Of a stretch of DNA of 64,000 nucleotides, positions 43,105-54,100 are shown piece by piece (position 1 is the first letter of the stretch; each line of letters begins with the position of its first letter). The notes beneath the pieces were generated by a model. The model saw only the letters and a program-made list of their open reading frames with translations. It searched no databases and was not told where the DNA came from. Origin of the DNA: Lysobacterales bacterium (lineage in GTDB: Bacteria > Pseudomonadota > Gammaproteobacteria > Xanthomonadales > SZUA-38); contig JANQOZ010000102.1 of assembly GCA_028285525.1 (NCBI GenBank), positions 21,888-85,887 of the forward strand, given 5' to 3'. Made by a program: the position numbers and the translations under genes.

Positions 43105-43998
43105 ATGTCCAAGCAAAAGGCGCTATTGGCAGCGCTCTCAGTCATCTTGTTGTTTGCAGCGACAGGCGCTTTCCTTTTTCAGCAGAGTCCTAACGGGACG
43201 CAACAGGATTCGGCGGGTGCGCGGGCATCACCTAAAACCCAAAGCGCAGCCGAATACTCCGGCATACAACCTGGTGACCCTATCCCCATACCGACAGGAA
43301 GAGCGGCGCGAGGTAGTGTCGAAGCGGTCGCACAATCCCCTCATCAAACCGTGTATTCGGGAGAGGTTGAAACTCCCGATTCTGCGACCTACTCCCTTTG
43401 GAAAGAACTGAGTGCCGACGGAGATGATTCGGCCGCACTGCGCGTGTTCAAGGTATTGAATGACTGTTCGTCTGTTGACCGAAACCACGCGAAGGCGGAA
43501 CGTGCTCTTGCCAAAGGCGAAATTGATCGAGCGGAGGGGTTCCTGGATCGAGCAGATAGACTCTCAGGTGCCTGCAAGGAGATTGACAGCGGGGACATCT
43601 CCAACGCCGTTGCCTGGTTAAAAAGGAGTGCCGACCTTGGCAACGATGAGGCCCGGTTGTTGTATCGAGCTTTTGGTGGTCCTAGCGAAGAGGAGGCCTT
43701 CAGGAACCCTGATAGCGTTAAGGACTACAAAGACCGGGCCGTCAGATACCTGCTCGAGGCTTCTGCGAACGGCAACGTCGAAGCCATGAGCTTTTTAGCA
43801 ACCGAGTTCTATCAAGGGAACCTTGTTGATAGAAACGTACTAGCAGCGCTTTCCTACGCTTATGCGGTTGAGCGATCGGGCGTTGGGAGCCCCTACGCCC
43901 CACAGCTAATCGAAACATGGTCACAAGAAGTTTCCCCAGAAGTATTAGAGCAGGCGTCGAGCCTGGGTTGGGAGATTCTGGATCGTTGTTGCGGCTAG
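43105..43998 (+). CDS. membrane-anchored Sel1-repeat protein
   Basis: 297 aa. N-terminal TM segment ALLAALSVILLFAATGAFLF. Sel1-like repeats AVAWLKRSADLGNDEARLLY and RYLLEASANGNVEAMSFLATEFYQG. Confidence 0.65.
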   Translation: MSKQKALLAALSVILLFAATGAFLFQQSPNGTQQDSAGARASPKTQSAAEYSGIQPGDPIPIPTGRAARGSVEAVAQSPHQTVYSGEVETPDSATYSLWKELSADGDDSAALRVFKVLNDCSSVDRNHAKAERALAKGEIDRAEGFLDRADRLSGACKEIDSGDISNAVAWLKRSADLGNDEARLLYRAFGGPSEEEAFRNPDSVKDYKDRAVRYLLEASANGNVEAMSFLATEFYQGNLVDRNVLAALSYAYAVERSGVGSPYAPQLIETWSQEVSPEVLEQASSLGWEILDRCCG

Positions 43999-44236
43999 AG
44001 CGACACAGCCACCAAGCTACTCCGGTAGTATTTTAAGGGAGTGCACAAAGTCGATTTCAACTCGCAAAATCAACCATCTTGGGTTTCCCGAAGACTTTCT
44101 CGTATGAGTTTTACACAACGGCGCAATGGCCAATTCACGTCCTGTGCGCCTGCATAAGACTTGAGCTGAATTGGTTTTCCTTGAAACCCGAGCCGAGTTC
44201 AGACCTGCGGGAGAAGCAGGTGGTTACCTCATTCTC

Positions 44237-44806
44237 CTAGCGGCGACAGTAAGAGGACGATTTCGAGAAAGAGTCAGGGTTTTCTTTAGCCATGGAGACA
44301 AAGTCGACGGGCTGGTACCCGATCCCACTGCTCAGCTTTTCGTTGATGAACGTTAGAACCGTCAGGCGCCCGGATTCGGTCATCCTGTCTAAGTTTGAAA
44401 TGAAATTTCGCCTTTTCATCTGAGCAGCCGACTCGTTGATAGCCGTCAGCGCTCTTGCCTTTTCTAAAGCGCTTTTGTTTCTCTCCGAGCTGTCGCACAA
44501 CACCTTTCTAATCTCGACCTGAGATTCCGCTGCCGCCTTTCCTGCAGTTTGGCCTGCTTCAAAAATCAACAGCTGGAGCTGGGTTTGATCTTCTGAAACC
44601 AACTCATCCATTATCATTGTGGAAACGCCGGTTATCATGAAGGCCTCCATGCGAACCTCGAGAGGAAGGGTCCCAACTGGCTCGTTGCTGAGAATTGTCT
44701 CTGTCGGAGAGTAAGTTTCTGGATCTGTTTCTTCACCATAAGGAGCTTCCGTGCAGGCGTATCCGATCAGAAACACTAATGAGGTTTTGAATCCGAGATA
44801 TTTCAT
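44237..44806 (-). CDS. hypothetical exported protein/possible lipoprotein
   Basis: Likely start is the ATG at 44806 (MKYLGFKTSLVFLIGYAC). The lipobox is non-canonical. No family recognised. Confidence 0.5.
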   Translation of the reverse strand: MKYLGFKTSLVFLIGYACTEAPYGEETDPETYSPTETILSNEPVGTLPLEVRMEAFMITGVSTMIMDELVSEDQTQLQLLIFEAGQTAGKAAAESQVEIRKVLCDSSERNKSALEKARALTAINESAAQMKRRNFISNLDRMTESGRLTVLTFINEKLSSGIGYQPVDFVSMAKENPDSFSKSSSYCRR

Positions 44807-45127
44807 TTCGAGCCTCAAAGACCCTAAGTTCAGTCTCACAAAAAAGACGCCATTGCGAAAACGAGTCGGGTTTTCTCGATCTATTTGCCAGTTGAAAAAT
44901 CCCGAACAGTACGGACCTTACGTTGATGCATCATGGCCACGCGTTGCCCAAAGAGCTTTATTGAGACTGGAAACCATCCCTAGGCTCCAAGAGTTGCCTG
45001 GCGGCCTAATTCCATCGGTCCGGAGCGAGGGGTTCAGGGACTATCGAGTAGTTTGGGGAGCTTCATTGTTCCTTTGACATGATCGATATCTCGGCGTTCT
45101 GCGGCTAACGGTAGAGGAGGAACTGCT

Positions 45128-47899
45128 ATGACCGACAATACCTATCGTGAGTTGGAGTCATTGTTCAATCAGGTAATGGCCCTGCCTGAACGGGAACGAC
45201 ACGACTTTCTCAGTAACCTGGCCCAAACTTCACCACGCCTTGCGCAGCGACTGAGCAGCCTGCTGAATGCTGATGCGCAGGAGGACAATTCCCTCGAGTT
45301 GGCGCTGGAGAACGCTGCCACCGAGTTGATGGGTGATACCGCGCCTCCTGCGCTCATTGGCAAAAGTGTTGGCGTCTGGCGCATCGTCGACACGATCGGC
45401 AGCGGCGGGATGGGCGTGGTTTTTCGTGCCCAGCGAGATGACGCTGCTTTTGAACAGAGCGTTGCATTGAAGGTCATGAGCCAGAGGGTTTTTGATCCAG
45501 CGGCCATTCGCCGATTCAGCACCGAACGGCAGATTCTGGCCAACCTGGACCATCCTGGTATCGCCAGATTAATTGATGGCGGCGCAACCTCTGACGGGCT
45601 TCCCTACCTGGTAATGGAATACGTGGAGGGCACTCGCATAGATCTCTACTGCGATGCTCAGAATCTGAGCCTCAAGCCACTGCTCAAGCTGTTTCGTAAA
45701 GTTTGCGACGCGGTGGACTTTGCACACCGCAACCTGGTTGTGCACCGCGATATCAAGCCAGCCAACATCCTGATCAGTTCAGAAGGCCAACCCAAATTAC
45801 TCGATTTTGGCATCGCCAAGCTGCTGAACCCGGAAGGCAACGAAGTGAGTACTGGCGTCGGCCAGCGGGCGATGACTCCCGAATATGCCAGCCCGGAGCA
45901 GGTTCGGGGCCAGTCGATCACCGTTGCCTCCGATGTCTATGCGCTCGGGGTCCTGCTGTATCGCCTGGTAACCGGGCACTCGCCGTACGGCGACCAGACT
46001 ACAACGCCTGCTGAGCTGGAGCGGGCGGTGCTCGAGCATATGCCCATCCGCCCAAGCAAACTGCGTCATCGCTTAGCGGGTGATATCGATACGATCATTC
46101 TCAAGTGCCTGAGCAAAGAGCCGGCACGACGGTACGCCTCAGTTAGAGAACTGACCGACGATATCCAGCGCTTTGAAAACAACGAAGCGGTCTTGGCTCG
46201 AGGCGATTCCGTCGGGTACAGGATGGGAAAGTTCCTGGTCCGGCGGGCACCCTGGGTCATTGCCGGCAGCGCCGCGCTGATCGTTGTTGCTGCCTCATCG
46301 GCTTACTACACACTCGGCATCACCCGAGAGAGGGACCGGGCTCAACTGGCTGCCGACCAGGCCACCCAGGTCAGTGAGTTCCTGATTAACATTTTTGGAA
46401 GCGCATCACCCACCAATTCCAAAGGCGAGATACCCAACGCGCTGGATCTGCTGGACGCAGGCGCACAGTCAATTGAAGAATTGTCAGACCAACCCGTGGT
46501 GCAGGCGGCATTGCTCAACGTGATGGGCCGCAGCTATACCAATCTTGGTCAGTTTGAGCAGTCGCTGCCGCTGCTGGAGCGATCCTTGGCGATGAAGCGT
46601 GAGCATAGTCCAGACGACCTGCTGGGTCAGGCGGAAGCCCACCACGCCCTGTCCGAAAACTACCGGTACCTCAATCGTAACGACGAATCGGTTGAGAACA
46701 TCCGGCAGGTTTTAGCGCTCAATCAGCAGGTCTACGGAACCAGACACAAGGAAGTGGCGTTCCTTCATGGTGCTTTGGCTCATGCGCTGAACGCTGGCGG
46801 GCGACTGGAAGAGGCGTTGGCGGCCGTCGAAGAAGGGCTGGAAATCCGACGCGCTGTTGCCCCCGAACTGGACGCTGATCTGGTGGCCAACCTGGGCACC
46901 CGATCCATCATTCTCGATAACATGGGTAGGCATCAGGAAGCTCTGGCCATGTACGAACAGCTGGTGATCCAATCCGATGAGCTGATCGGAAAACTCGCGC
47001 CCGACAGCATCAGCAGGCTGGTAAACGCCGGCATGGGTAGCCGCCGCCTGTGGCAACATGAAAAAGCCCTGGCATACCTGACAGAGGCCAGTAGTCGGGC
47101 AGAGAGCGTCTGGGAACCGGGTGCTGACGAGCCGGCCTTTATTGAAATCCTGAAAGGGGATGTTGCCCAAAGCCTGGGACGCTTTGACGAAGCGTGGGCC
47201 TTCCATCAGAGGGCTGGTGAGATTATCGCTCTGAACTCCCAATCAATTCCCATCTATGCAACCACCCACCACCAGGGGATGGGCGACTGGTATCGCGAAA
47301 TGGGCCGGTTTGTCGAAGCGGAAACGTCATTCGCAGAAGGTATGGCGCTGGCGAAAGAGGCAGGCAACTTCTACATGCAAAACTACAACGCCTTGGAGCT
47401 TGGTTCTGTAAAAGCCGCTCTCGGAAAGTTTGCTGAAGCCGAAACGCTGTTGACAGGAGCGATAGCGGACGACCGATCAAGCCGGACTGTGCGCATGCAG
47501 GCGAAACAACACCTGGCCGTCACCCTGAGTCTTCAAGAACGCTGGCAGGAGGCGGAGGAGCTGTTTCAAGAGGAGCTAGCGCTGCAGCGGAAAGCGTTCG
47601 GTGGAAGCAGCCCGGCCATGCTGCCGATCCTCACAACGGCTGCCGCCCACTATCGCCGCGCGGGAGACCTTGAACAGTCGCTGCAGCTGGCAACCCAGGC
47701 CTGTGAGATCGGTCAGGCCAGCATGCCTGAACGCAATTGGAATGTCGCGCTGGCCTGCGCAGAAAAAGCCTTCACATTGGCCGAATCAGGCAGCGCTGAA
47801 GAGGCCAAAGCCTTGGCGAAAGAAGCTCACCAGGACCTCGTCATCACGTTTGGCGAAGAACACTTCCAGGTTAAAAGGGTGGCTGTACTTTTGCTCTGA
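45128..47899 (+). CDS. Ser/Thr protein kinase with TM segment and TPR-like C-terminal region
   Basis: 923 aa. Hanks motifs GSGGMGVV, VALKV, HRDIKPANIL, DFGIAKL, TPEYASPEQ. TM segment WVIAGSAALIVVAASSAYY. Long helical-repeat tail. Confidence 0.85.
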   Translation: MTDNTYRELESLFNQVMALPERERHDFLSNLAQTSPRLAQRLSSLLNADAQEDNSLELALENAATELMGDTAPPALIGKSVGVWRIVDTIGSGGMGVVFRAQRDDAAFEQSVALKVMSQRVFDPAAIRRFSTERQILANLDHPGIARLIDGGATSDGLPYLVMEYVEGTRIDLYCDAQNLSLKPLLKLFRKVCDAVDFAHRNLVVHRDIKPANILISSEGQPKLLDFGIAKLLNPEGNEVSTGVGQRAMTPEYASPEQVRGQSITVASDVYALGVLLYRLVTGHSPYGDQTTTPAELERAVLEHMPIRPSKLRHRLAGDIDTIILKCLSKEPARRYASVRELTDDIQRFENNEAVLARGDSVGYRMGKFLVRRAPWVIAGSAALIVVAASSAYYTLGITRERDRAQLAADQATQVSEFLINIFGSASPTNSKGEIPNALDLLDAGAQSIEELSDQPVVQAALLNVMGRSYTNLGQFEQSLPLLERSLAMKREHSPDDLLGQAEAHHALSENYRYLNRNDESVENIRQVLALNQQVYGTRHKEVAFLHGALAHALNAGGRLEEALAAVEEGLEIRRAVAPELDADLVANLGTRSIILDNMGRHQEALAMYEQLVIQSDELIGKLAPDSISRLVNAGMGSRRLWQHEKALAYLTEASSRAESVWEPGADEPAFIEILKGDVAQSLGRFDEAWAFHQRAGEIIALNSQSIPIYATTHHQGMGDWYREMGRFVEAETSFAEGMALAKEAGNFYMQNYNALELGSVKAALGKFAEAETLLTGAIADDRSSRTVRMQAKQHLAVTLSLQERWQEAEELFQEELALQRKAFGGSSPAMLPILTTAAAHYRRAGDLEQSLQLATQACEIGQASMPERNWNVALACAEKAFTLAESGSAEEAKALAKEAHQDLVITFGEEHFQVKRVAVLLL

Positions 47900-48018
47900 C
47901 CCTTTACTCTGACCCCAAAATTTAGTGCACCCCTTTTTCGATGTTGCGCAGATTTCTCCAGTTCCGATGATCGAATCCTGTCCCACTTCTGGCTTTAGGA
48001 AGTAGAGACTTTTTTCGG

Positions 48019-50058
48019 GTGACTGGCATGACAACACACTCAGTTGATTTTCCCATCGACAGAAGCGAACGATTGCGCCGGCCTACTCAACACAGGCACG
48101 CTGCGGCTCGCTTTGGCGTTGCCAAAACTCAACCAACAATCTCACCCAGTCTGCTGGCCGTCCTCTTGACACTTCTGTTGTTTATCCCGAGCGTGGCATT
48201 AGCCCAGGTCCAACTTGGTTCCGAAATTAGTGGCGAACTTGGAGACCGTTCAGGTAGCGCTGTGTCTCTATCCTCCGATGGCACACGCCTGGCGATCGGC
48301 GCGCCAAACGGTGTCACCAATGGAAACACAAGCGGGCTCGTTCGCGTCTTCGAACTAAGCGAAGATAACTGGACCCAGCTAGGCCAAACCCTCGTTGGTG
48401 ACGCTGCCACCGACGGCTTCGGCTTTGCAGTCTCACTGTCCGCTGACGGAAACCGCGTTGCCGTTGGCGCACCACGCGAAGGTGACGGATTAGACCGCGG
48501 GCAGGTGAACGTTTTCGAGCTGAATGCAGACGGTTGGTCGCTAGTGGGCGACACCATACTCGGGGACGCAGCCGGAGACCTAAGCGGCTTTGCAGTCTCG
48601 CTGTCCGCTGGCGGAGATCGTGTCGCGATCGGTTCGCCGTCGAACGACGACGGCGGAATCGACAGCGGAAAGGTGCGCGTCTTCGATTTCAATGGAGGCG
48701 AGTGGACCCAGGTCGGCGAAGACATAGTCGGCGAAGAAGCCGAGAGCGAAAGTGGCTATGCAGTCTCCCTATCCGCCAACGGAGTCCGCGTTGCGATCGG
48801 CGCCCCACTTAGTGGCCAGCTTATTCCTTTTCAGGGACATGTTGGCGTCTTCGAACTGATTGGAGACAACTGGGAGAGACTCGCCGAAGCCATAGTGGGC
48901 AATGGTGGCAGCGCTAGCGGATCGGCAGTCTCAATGTCCGCTGACGGAAAACGCGTCGCGATTGGCGCGCCAGTCAACAATGGCCTTGCCGGCCAGGTTC
49001 GCGTGTTCGAATTTAGAAACGATGCATGGGAACAGCTCGGCTCCAACATTGACGGCGAGACTTCCTTAGATGAAAGCGGCCGATCGATCTCTCTGTCGGC
49101 TGACGGAAGCCGCATCGCGATCGGCGCACCGCAACCGAGAACAATCGGGACTAGCGGTTATGTCCGCGTCTTTGAGCTCAGCGGCCACAGCTGGAATCAG
49201 ATGGGCCAAGATTTGGACGGACAAATCCCAGGTGATGAGAACGGCCGGGCCGTCTCGCTTACAGCTGATGGAAATCGCGTCGCTACCGGTGCGCCACGCA
49301 ATGATGACAATGGAGAAGACAGCGGGGAGGTGCGGGTCTTCGAGTTCCGCCCAGCCGGCCACTGGTTTTTCCAAGGCGAAAATTCGCTAGCCGACAGGAG
49401 CGGTAACTTCCCCGATCTCACGCTATTCGGCACTTCACGCGTACTCAACGGGCTCCTCATGGTAAAGGGAAATGGGGACACACCCACCGGCTATGCGCGC
49501 AGCGTGGGCACCTACCAGGGACGCGAGATAGGTGAAAAGACCCTGGTCGCGTGCGTAGCACTTTACGGCCTCGATGATGTGGCCAACGCTGGGTCAGTGC
49601 TGACGCTTGCATCCCAGGACGGCAGCCTGTTCGACGGCATGGTGTTTTCCGAGCTTGAAGCGAATCGATGGATGGCGGGAAGCAATAACTACCGTCGAAC
49701 GGAGAACTTCAACCCGGGCTTTGAGGAAACGACAACCGGCGAATTCGTGCAGCTCGCCATCAGCTATCAGAACATTAACGACGAGGTGCTGGTGGTTGGC
49801 TACCGTGGCGAGACAGAAATCGGTCGGTACCTGACAAGTAACCCCAGTCGATTCGCAAATGGAGACGCGGAAGTGAACTTCGGGCTGCGACATAGGCGCG
49901 AGGGCAACCCGGTTGGCGCGCTACAGGGCGCCATCGTCGAGGCATCTGTCTATGATTTTGTACTGGGCGAAAAATCTATTGCGAAACTCGCCTCTCGGTG
50001 CGCCGCACCACCGTCGTTGCTTTTCGAGGACGGGTTTGAAACAAAGATCGCGCAATAG
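48019..50058 (+). CDS. secreted FG-GAP-like beta-propeller protein with LamG-like C-terminal domain
   Basis: 679 aa with a GTG start. Signal/anchor LLAVLLTLLLFIPSVALA. At least 7 repeats of G.AVSLSADG.RVAIGAP....G.VRVFE. C-terminus LLFEDGFETKIAQ. Confidence 0.75.
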   Translation: MTGMTTHSVDFPIDRSERLRRPTQHRHAAARFGVAKTQPTISPSLLAVLLTLLLFIPSVALAQVQLGSEISGELGDRSGSAVSLSSDGTRLAIGAPNGVTNGNTSGLVRVFELSEDNWTQLGQTLVGDAATDGFGFAVSLSADGNRVAVGAPREGDGLDRGQVNVFELNADGWSLVGDTILGDAAGDLSGFAVSLSAGGDRVAIGSPSNDDGGIDSGKVRVFDFNGGEWTQVGEDIVGEEAESESGYAVSLSANGVRVAIGAPLSGQLIPFQGHVGVFELIGDNWERLAEAIVGNGGSASGSAVSMSADGKRVAIGAPVNNGLAGQVRVFEFRNDAWEQLGSNIDGETSLDESGRSISLSADGSRIAIGAPQPRTIGTSGYVRVFELSGHSWNQMGQDLDGQIPGDENGRAVSLTADGNRVATGAPRNDDNGEDSGEVRVFEFRPAGHWFFQGENSLADRSGNFPDLTLFGTSRVLNGLLMVKGNGDTPTGYARSVGTYQGREIGEKTLVACVALYGLDDVANAGSVLTLASQDGSLFDGMVFSELEANRWMAGSNNYRRTENFNPGFEETTTGEFVQLAISYQNINDEVLVVGYRGETEIGRYLTSNPSRFANGDAEVNFGLRHRREGNPVGALQGAIVEASVYDFVLGEKSIAKLASRCAAPPSLLFEDGFETKIAQ

Positions 50059-50134
50059 CGAGCCTTAGTGCTCACCGGGCGAGGACCGAAATTGCCCCGG
50101 GCGCAACAGCTTAAAAACAACGTTAGAGACCGAG

Positions 50135-51049
50135 ATGCCTGACTACCAAGCAATCCTTGACACCCTTTACGCCGAAGCGATGAGCGCCGACGACAGGGGC
50201 GTTGTGGCCTCCTATATTCCCGAGCTGGCCAACGTTGACGTCAATCAGTTTGGCCTGCACCTGAGAACTTCGGATGGCTCTGAATTTGGTGTCGGCCAAT
50301 CCGATATTCCGTTCTCGATTCAGAGTATTTCGAAAGTGCTTGCCCTGGCCAAGGCGCTGTCCATTGAAGGGGTCGATCCGTGGGATCGAGTCGATGTGGA
50401 ACCCTCCGGAAACCCCTTCAACTACCTGTCTTTGCTCGAACAGGAAAACGGTATTCCTCGCAATCCGCTGATCAATGCTGGCGCCATCGTCATTTCCGAC
50501 ATTTTGGTATCCCTGTTGGAAGATCCCAAGGCGGAGTTTCTCGCGTTTGTTCGAGAACTGGCGGGTGACGATGAGATCAACTACAACATCGAGGTGGCGC
50601 GGTCAGAAAGAGAAACCGGTTTTCGCAACTTCGCGGCGGCCAACTTGCTGAAGTCCTTCGGCAACCTCGAAAACGACGTTGACGAGGTGTTGGACTTCTA
50701 CTTCCACCAGTGCGCAATTGAGATGAGCTGCGCGCAGTTGAGCAAAGCCTTTCACCTGTTCAGCAACCAGGGAAGATGCTTGTCAAACAGGGCACATATC
50801 ACCAGCAGCCAGGCGAAACGAATCAACGCTCTCATGCTCACCTGCGGGTTTTATGACGAAGCCGGTGAATTTGCGTTTGAGGTTGGTCTGCCCGGAAAAA
50901 GTGGCGTCGGAGGCGGGATCATTACCCTGCTTCCCGATCAGTTTGTACTGGCCGCATGGTCGCCGGGCCTGAACCCAAAAGGCAATTCGTTGCTTGGGAT
51001 GGCGGCGCTGGAGCGCTTCACCACTGAAACGAGGCTTTCGATTTTTTAG
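50135..51049 (+). CDS. glsA: glutaminase A
   Basis: 304 aa: YIPELANVD, FSIQSISKVLALA (Ser-x-x-Lys), NPLINAGAI, GLPGKSGVGGGI. Confidence 0.88.
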   Translation: MPDYQAILDTLYAEAMSADDRGVVASYIPELANVDVNQFGLHLRTSDGSEFGVGQSDIPFSIQSISKVLALAKALSIEGVDPWDRVDVEPSGNPFNYLSLLEQENGIPRNPLINAGAIVISDILVSLLEDPKAEFLAFVRELAGDDEINYNIEVARSERETGFRNFAAANLLKSFGNLENDVDEVLDFYFHQCAIEMSCAQLSKAFHLFSNQGRCLSNRAHITSSQAKRINALMLTCGFYDEAGEFAFEVGLPGKSGVGGGIITLLPDQFVLAAWSPGLNPKGNSLLGMAALERFTTETRLSIF

Positions 51050-51180
51050 CCTCTGCTAAATCAGGTAAATCACCTCAATCCAATCATCCTCTGGCCGGTA
51101 CACGGCAAAAGTTAACCTGGCCCCGTTTTCGCGTTACTCTCGACCAGTCGTATTTCCAACGCATCCTGAGAGGGGAAATC

Positions 51181-54100
51181 ATGAGGAAGCCTCACGCTAG
51201 CTATTGGTTCTGGGGGTTGATGCTGACTGCCGTCCAGGCGGTGACAGCTCAAGACGCAGCGGATGAGGCCCATCCCCTGCTTCCCGCCTATGAAAGGGCA
51301 GCAGCTGTACAGGCCCAAGCTATGGACAAGTGGGTCTTAAATCAGCATGTGTATCCCCGCTGGATCGATGAAACCAGCTTTTGGTACAACCGCGAGACCG
51401 CGGATGGCACCGAGTATGTTCGAGTCGATGCAAAAAAGGGAAAGAAGGCGCCAGCGTTCAATCACAAAGCCCTTGCACGGGCCCTTGAAAAGCAGCTGGA
51501 CGAGGACGTTGATGCAGCCGATTTGCCTATCAGCGCCCTGGTGCTCGATGCGTCCTCCGCGACGTTCACCGCATTCGGCAGATCGTGGAGGTACGAGAAA
51601 CGCCGACTGACTGAGATCACCGATGGCGCCATAGATAGTGCGTGGCGCATTTCGCCGGACGGCAAAAAAGCAGTGTTCTCAAGAGATCACAATCTCTGGC
51701 TCAGGGACCTTAAATCCGGTGAAGAGAAAGCCCTGACCAGCGATGGCGAGATGTATTACGCCTATGGCGTCGTTCCCAATGCCACCGGTCGCCCGGCGCT
51801 CAAGCCGGAGTCAGTCTGGTCTCCGGACTCCCGCTACCTGCTCACCGTCCAGACCGATGACCGTAAAGTGAAGTCGCTGCCGGTCATTGATTTTGCGCCC
51901 GCTGACGGCAGCGTCCGGCCCAGGGTGATTGACTACCGTACGGCGCTGCCCGGTGACGAACATATCACCCGGTTCCGCATGACCCTCATCGATACCGAAA
52001 CCGGCAAACAGACCCGAATCCACTATCCTGATCTTGCGGCGGTACGCATGAACGACACGCCTCTCGGGGGCAATCGGGCATGGTGGTCCGATGATTCGAG
52101 CTCGGCGTACTTCGTTGACATTCTCCGGGGAGAACAGGAAGCCCGGGTGGTCAAGGTGGATCGAGGTTCAGGCGCGACCCGGGTGGTGTTCACCGAAACA
52201 ACCGAGACTTACCTGGAGCTGGGCTCGAACGTCTACATGCCCACCTCTATTTTGCCGCTACCACAAAGCGATGAGTTCATCTGGTATTCGGAAAAATCCG
52301 GCTGGGCTCACCTGTACCTGCACGATGCTGATACCGGTCAGCAAAAGCGGGCGCTCACCACCGGCGACTGGCTGGTCCGGGACGTACTCGGCGTAGACGC
52401 CGAGAACCGGCAGCTGTTTATCAGCTTGGCAGGCCGCCGGCCAGACGTGAATCCGTACTACCGGGAGATTGCCCGCGTCGACCTGGATACCGGGGCTCTT
52501 ACAGTTCTCAGTTCGGGTGATGACGATCGCCTGGTTCTTTCCGACGGCGACTTCACCCTCCTGCTTCTGACTGCTTTCGGCATGGATCCCAGCCTGGTTT
52601 CCGGCTTGTCTCCAGGCGGTGCCTACTACGTTGAGACGCGGCAGCGCCCTGACCGACCCACCACAACCGTGCTGATGGACGCGCAAGGTGACGAGGTGAT
52701 GGTGGTGGAGCAGGCGGCCATCAACACCATGCCCGACGGGCAACGCTGGCCGGAACCATTCTCGGTGACCGCGGCTGATGGCTCGACGGATATCCGCGGC
52801 GTGATGTTTCGCCCCCGAGACTTTGACGAAGACAAACGCTACCCGGTGATCGACTACATCTACGGCGGCCCCCAGGTAGCCCATGTACCGAAAGCCGCTT
52901 ATTCGAGTGGTGGTGTTGGCTTTGAGTCGGCCGCGTCACTGGCCGAACTGGGATTTATGGTGGTGATCATGGACGGCCGGGGCACCGCCGAGCGATCCCG
53001 GTCCTTTCATGAAACTTCCCACGAACGGATTCACACCGCCAGCAATCTGGAGGACCATGTGGCCGGCATCCAGCAGCTTGCCGAACGATTCTCCTACATG
53101 GACATCGAGCGGGTCGGCATTACTGGCGTTTCCGGCGGTGGCTACATGACCGCGCATGCCATGCTGAAGTTTCCGGAGTTCTTTAAGGTGGGCGTATCCG
53201 CCGCGGGCAACCACGACCAGCGGTTGTTCTGGCATACCTGGGGCGAGCGGTATCAGGGCCTGCTGGACGATGACAATTACGCCGAGCAGGCCAACCTGAC
53301 CCACGCCAAGAACCTTCAGGGGAAACTGCTGTTCATCCATGGCCTGCTCGACTATGGCGTGCATCCCGCTGGCCTGTTCCAGCTGACCCAGGCGCTCATG
53401 AACGCGAATAAAACCTTTGACCTGGTTCTCATGCCACAGGCCGGACATGAGGTGCCTGGCTATGCCATGGTTCGGAGCTGGGACTACTTCGTCAGGCACC
53501 TGGCTGGACAGGAACCCCCGGCAGGCTTTAGCGCTAAATCCGCCACGGACCTGATCAAAGAGAGAGTTATGGCAATGCACGCGGTAGCCCAGAGCGACGA
53601 CGCGAGCGCTCCGGTTGAGCCTACCGAGGATTCGTCGGGCAGCACGACCCTCGGCAAGGCTGTGGACGTTGTCCTGGATACTTCGGCTGGCGAGATCCGA
53701 ATAGCCGTGTATCCGGAGTCAGCGCCGAAATCCGCGGGCAGCTTCCTCGACCACCTGGATCAGGGCCTGTTCGACGGCGCAGCCTTTTACCGCGTGGTCC
53801 GCAAGGATAACGACAACGGCTCTCCCATTATCGAAGTCATTCAGGGTGGCGTCACCGATCCCACTCGTGCCCTACCCCCGGTGGAACATGAAACCACCGA
53901 ACAAACCGGCCTGCTTCATATCGAAGGAACGGTTTCCCTGGGGCGGGGCGACCCAGGCACCGGCAGTGGCGCCGCGTTCTTCATTACCATCGGCAACCAG
54001 CCGAGCCTGGATTTTGGCGGCATGCGAAACCCGGACGGACTAGGATTTGCTTCGTTTGGGAAAGTCACCTCGGGAATGGGCGTGGTACGCAAAATTCAGC

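Noticed and set aside
47895-47925. TGACCCTTTACTCTGACCCCAAAATTT after the kinase gene as an eleventh REP.
   Set aside because: Only the CTGACCCC-A(A/T)AATT tail matches, and the GCCTGGCACTTGAA part is absent. It is too degenerate to call.
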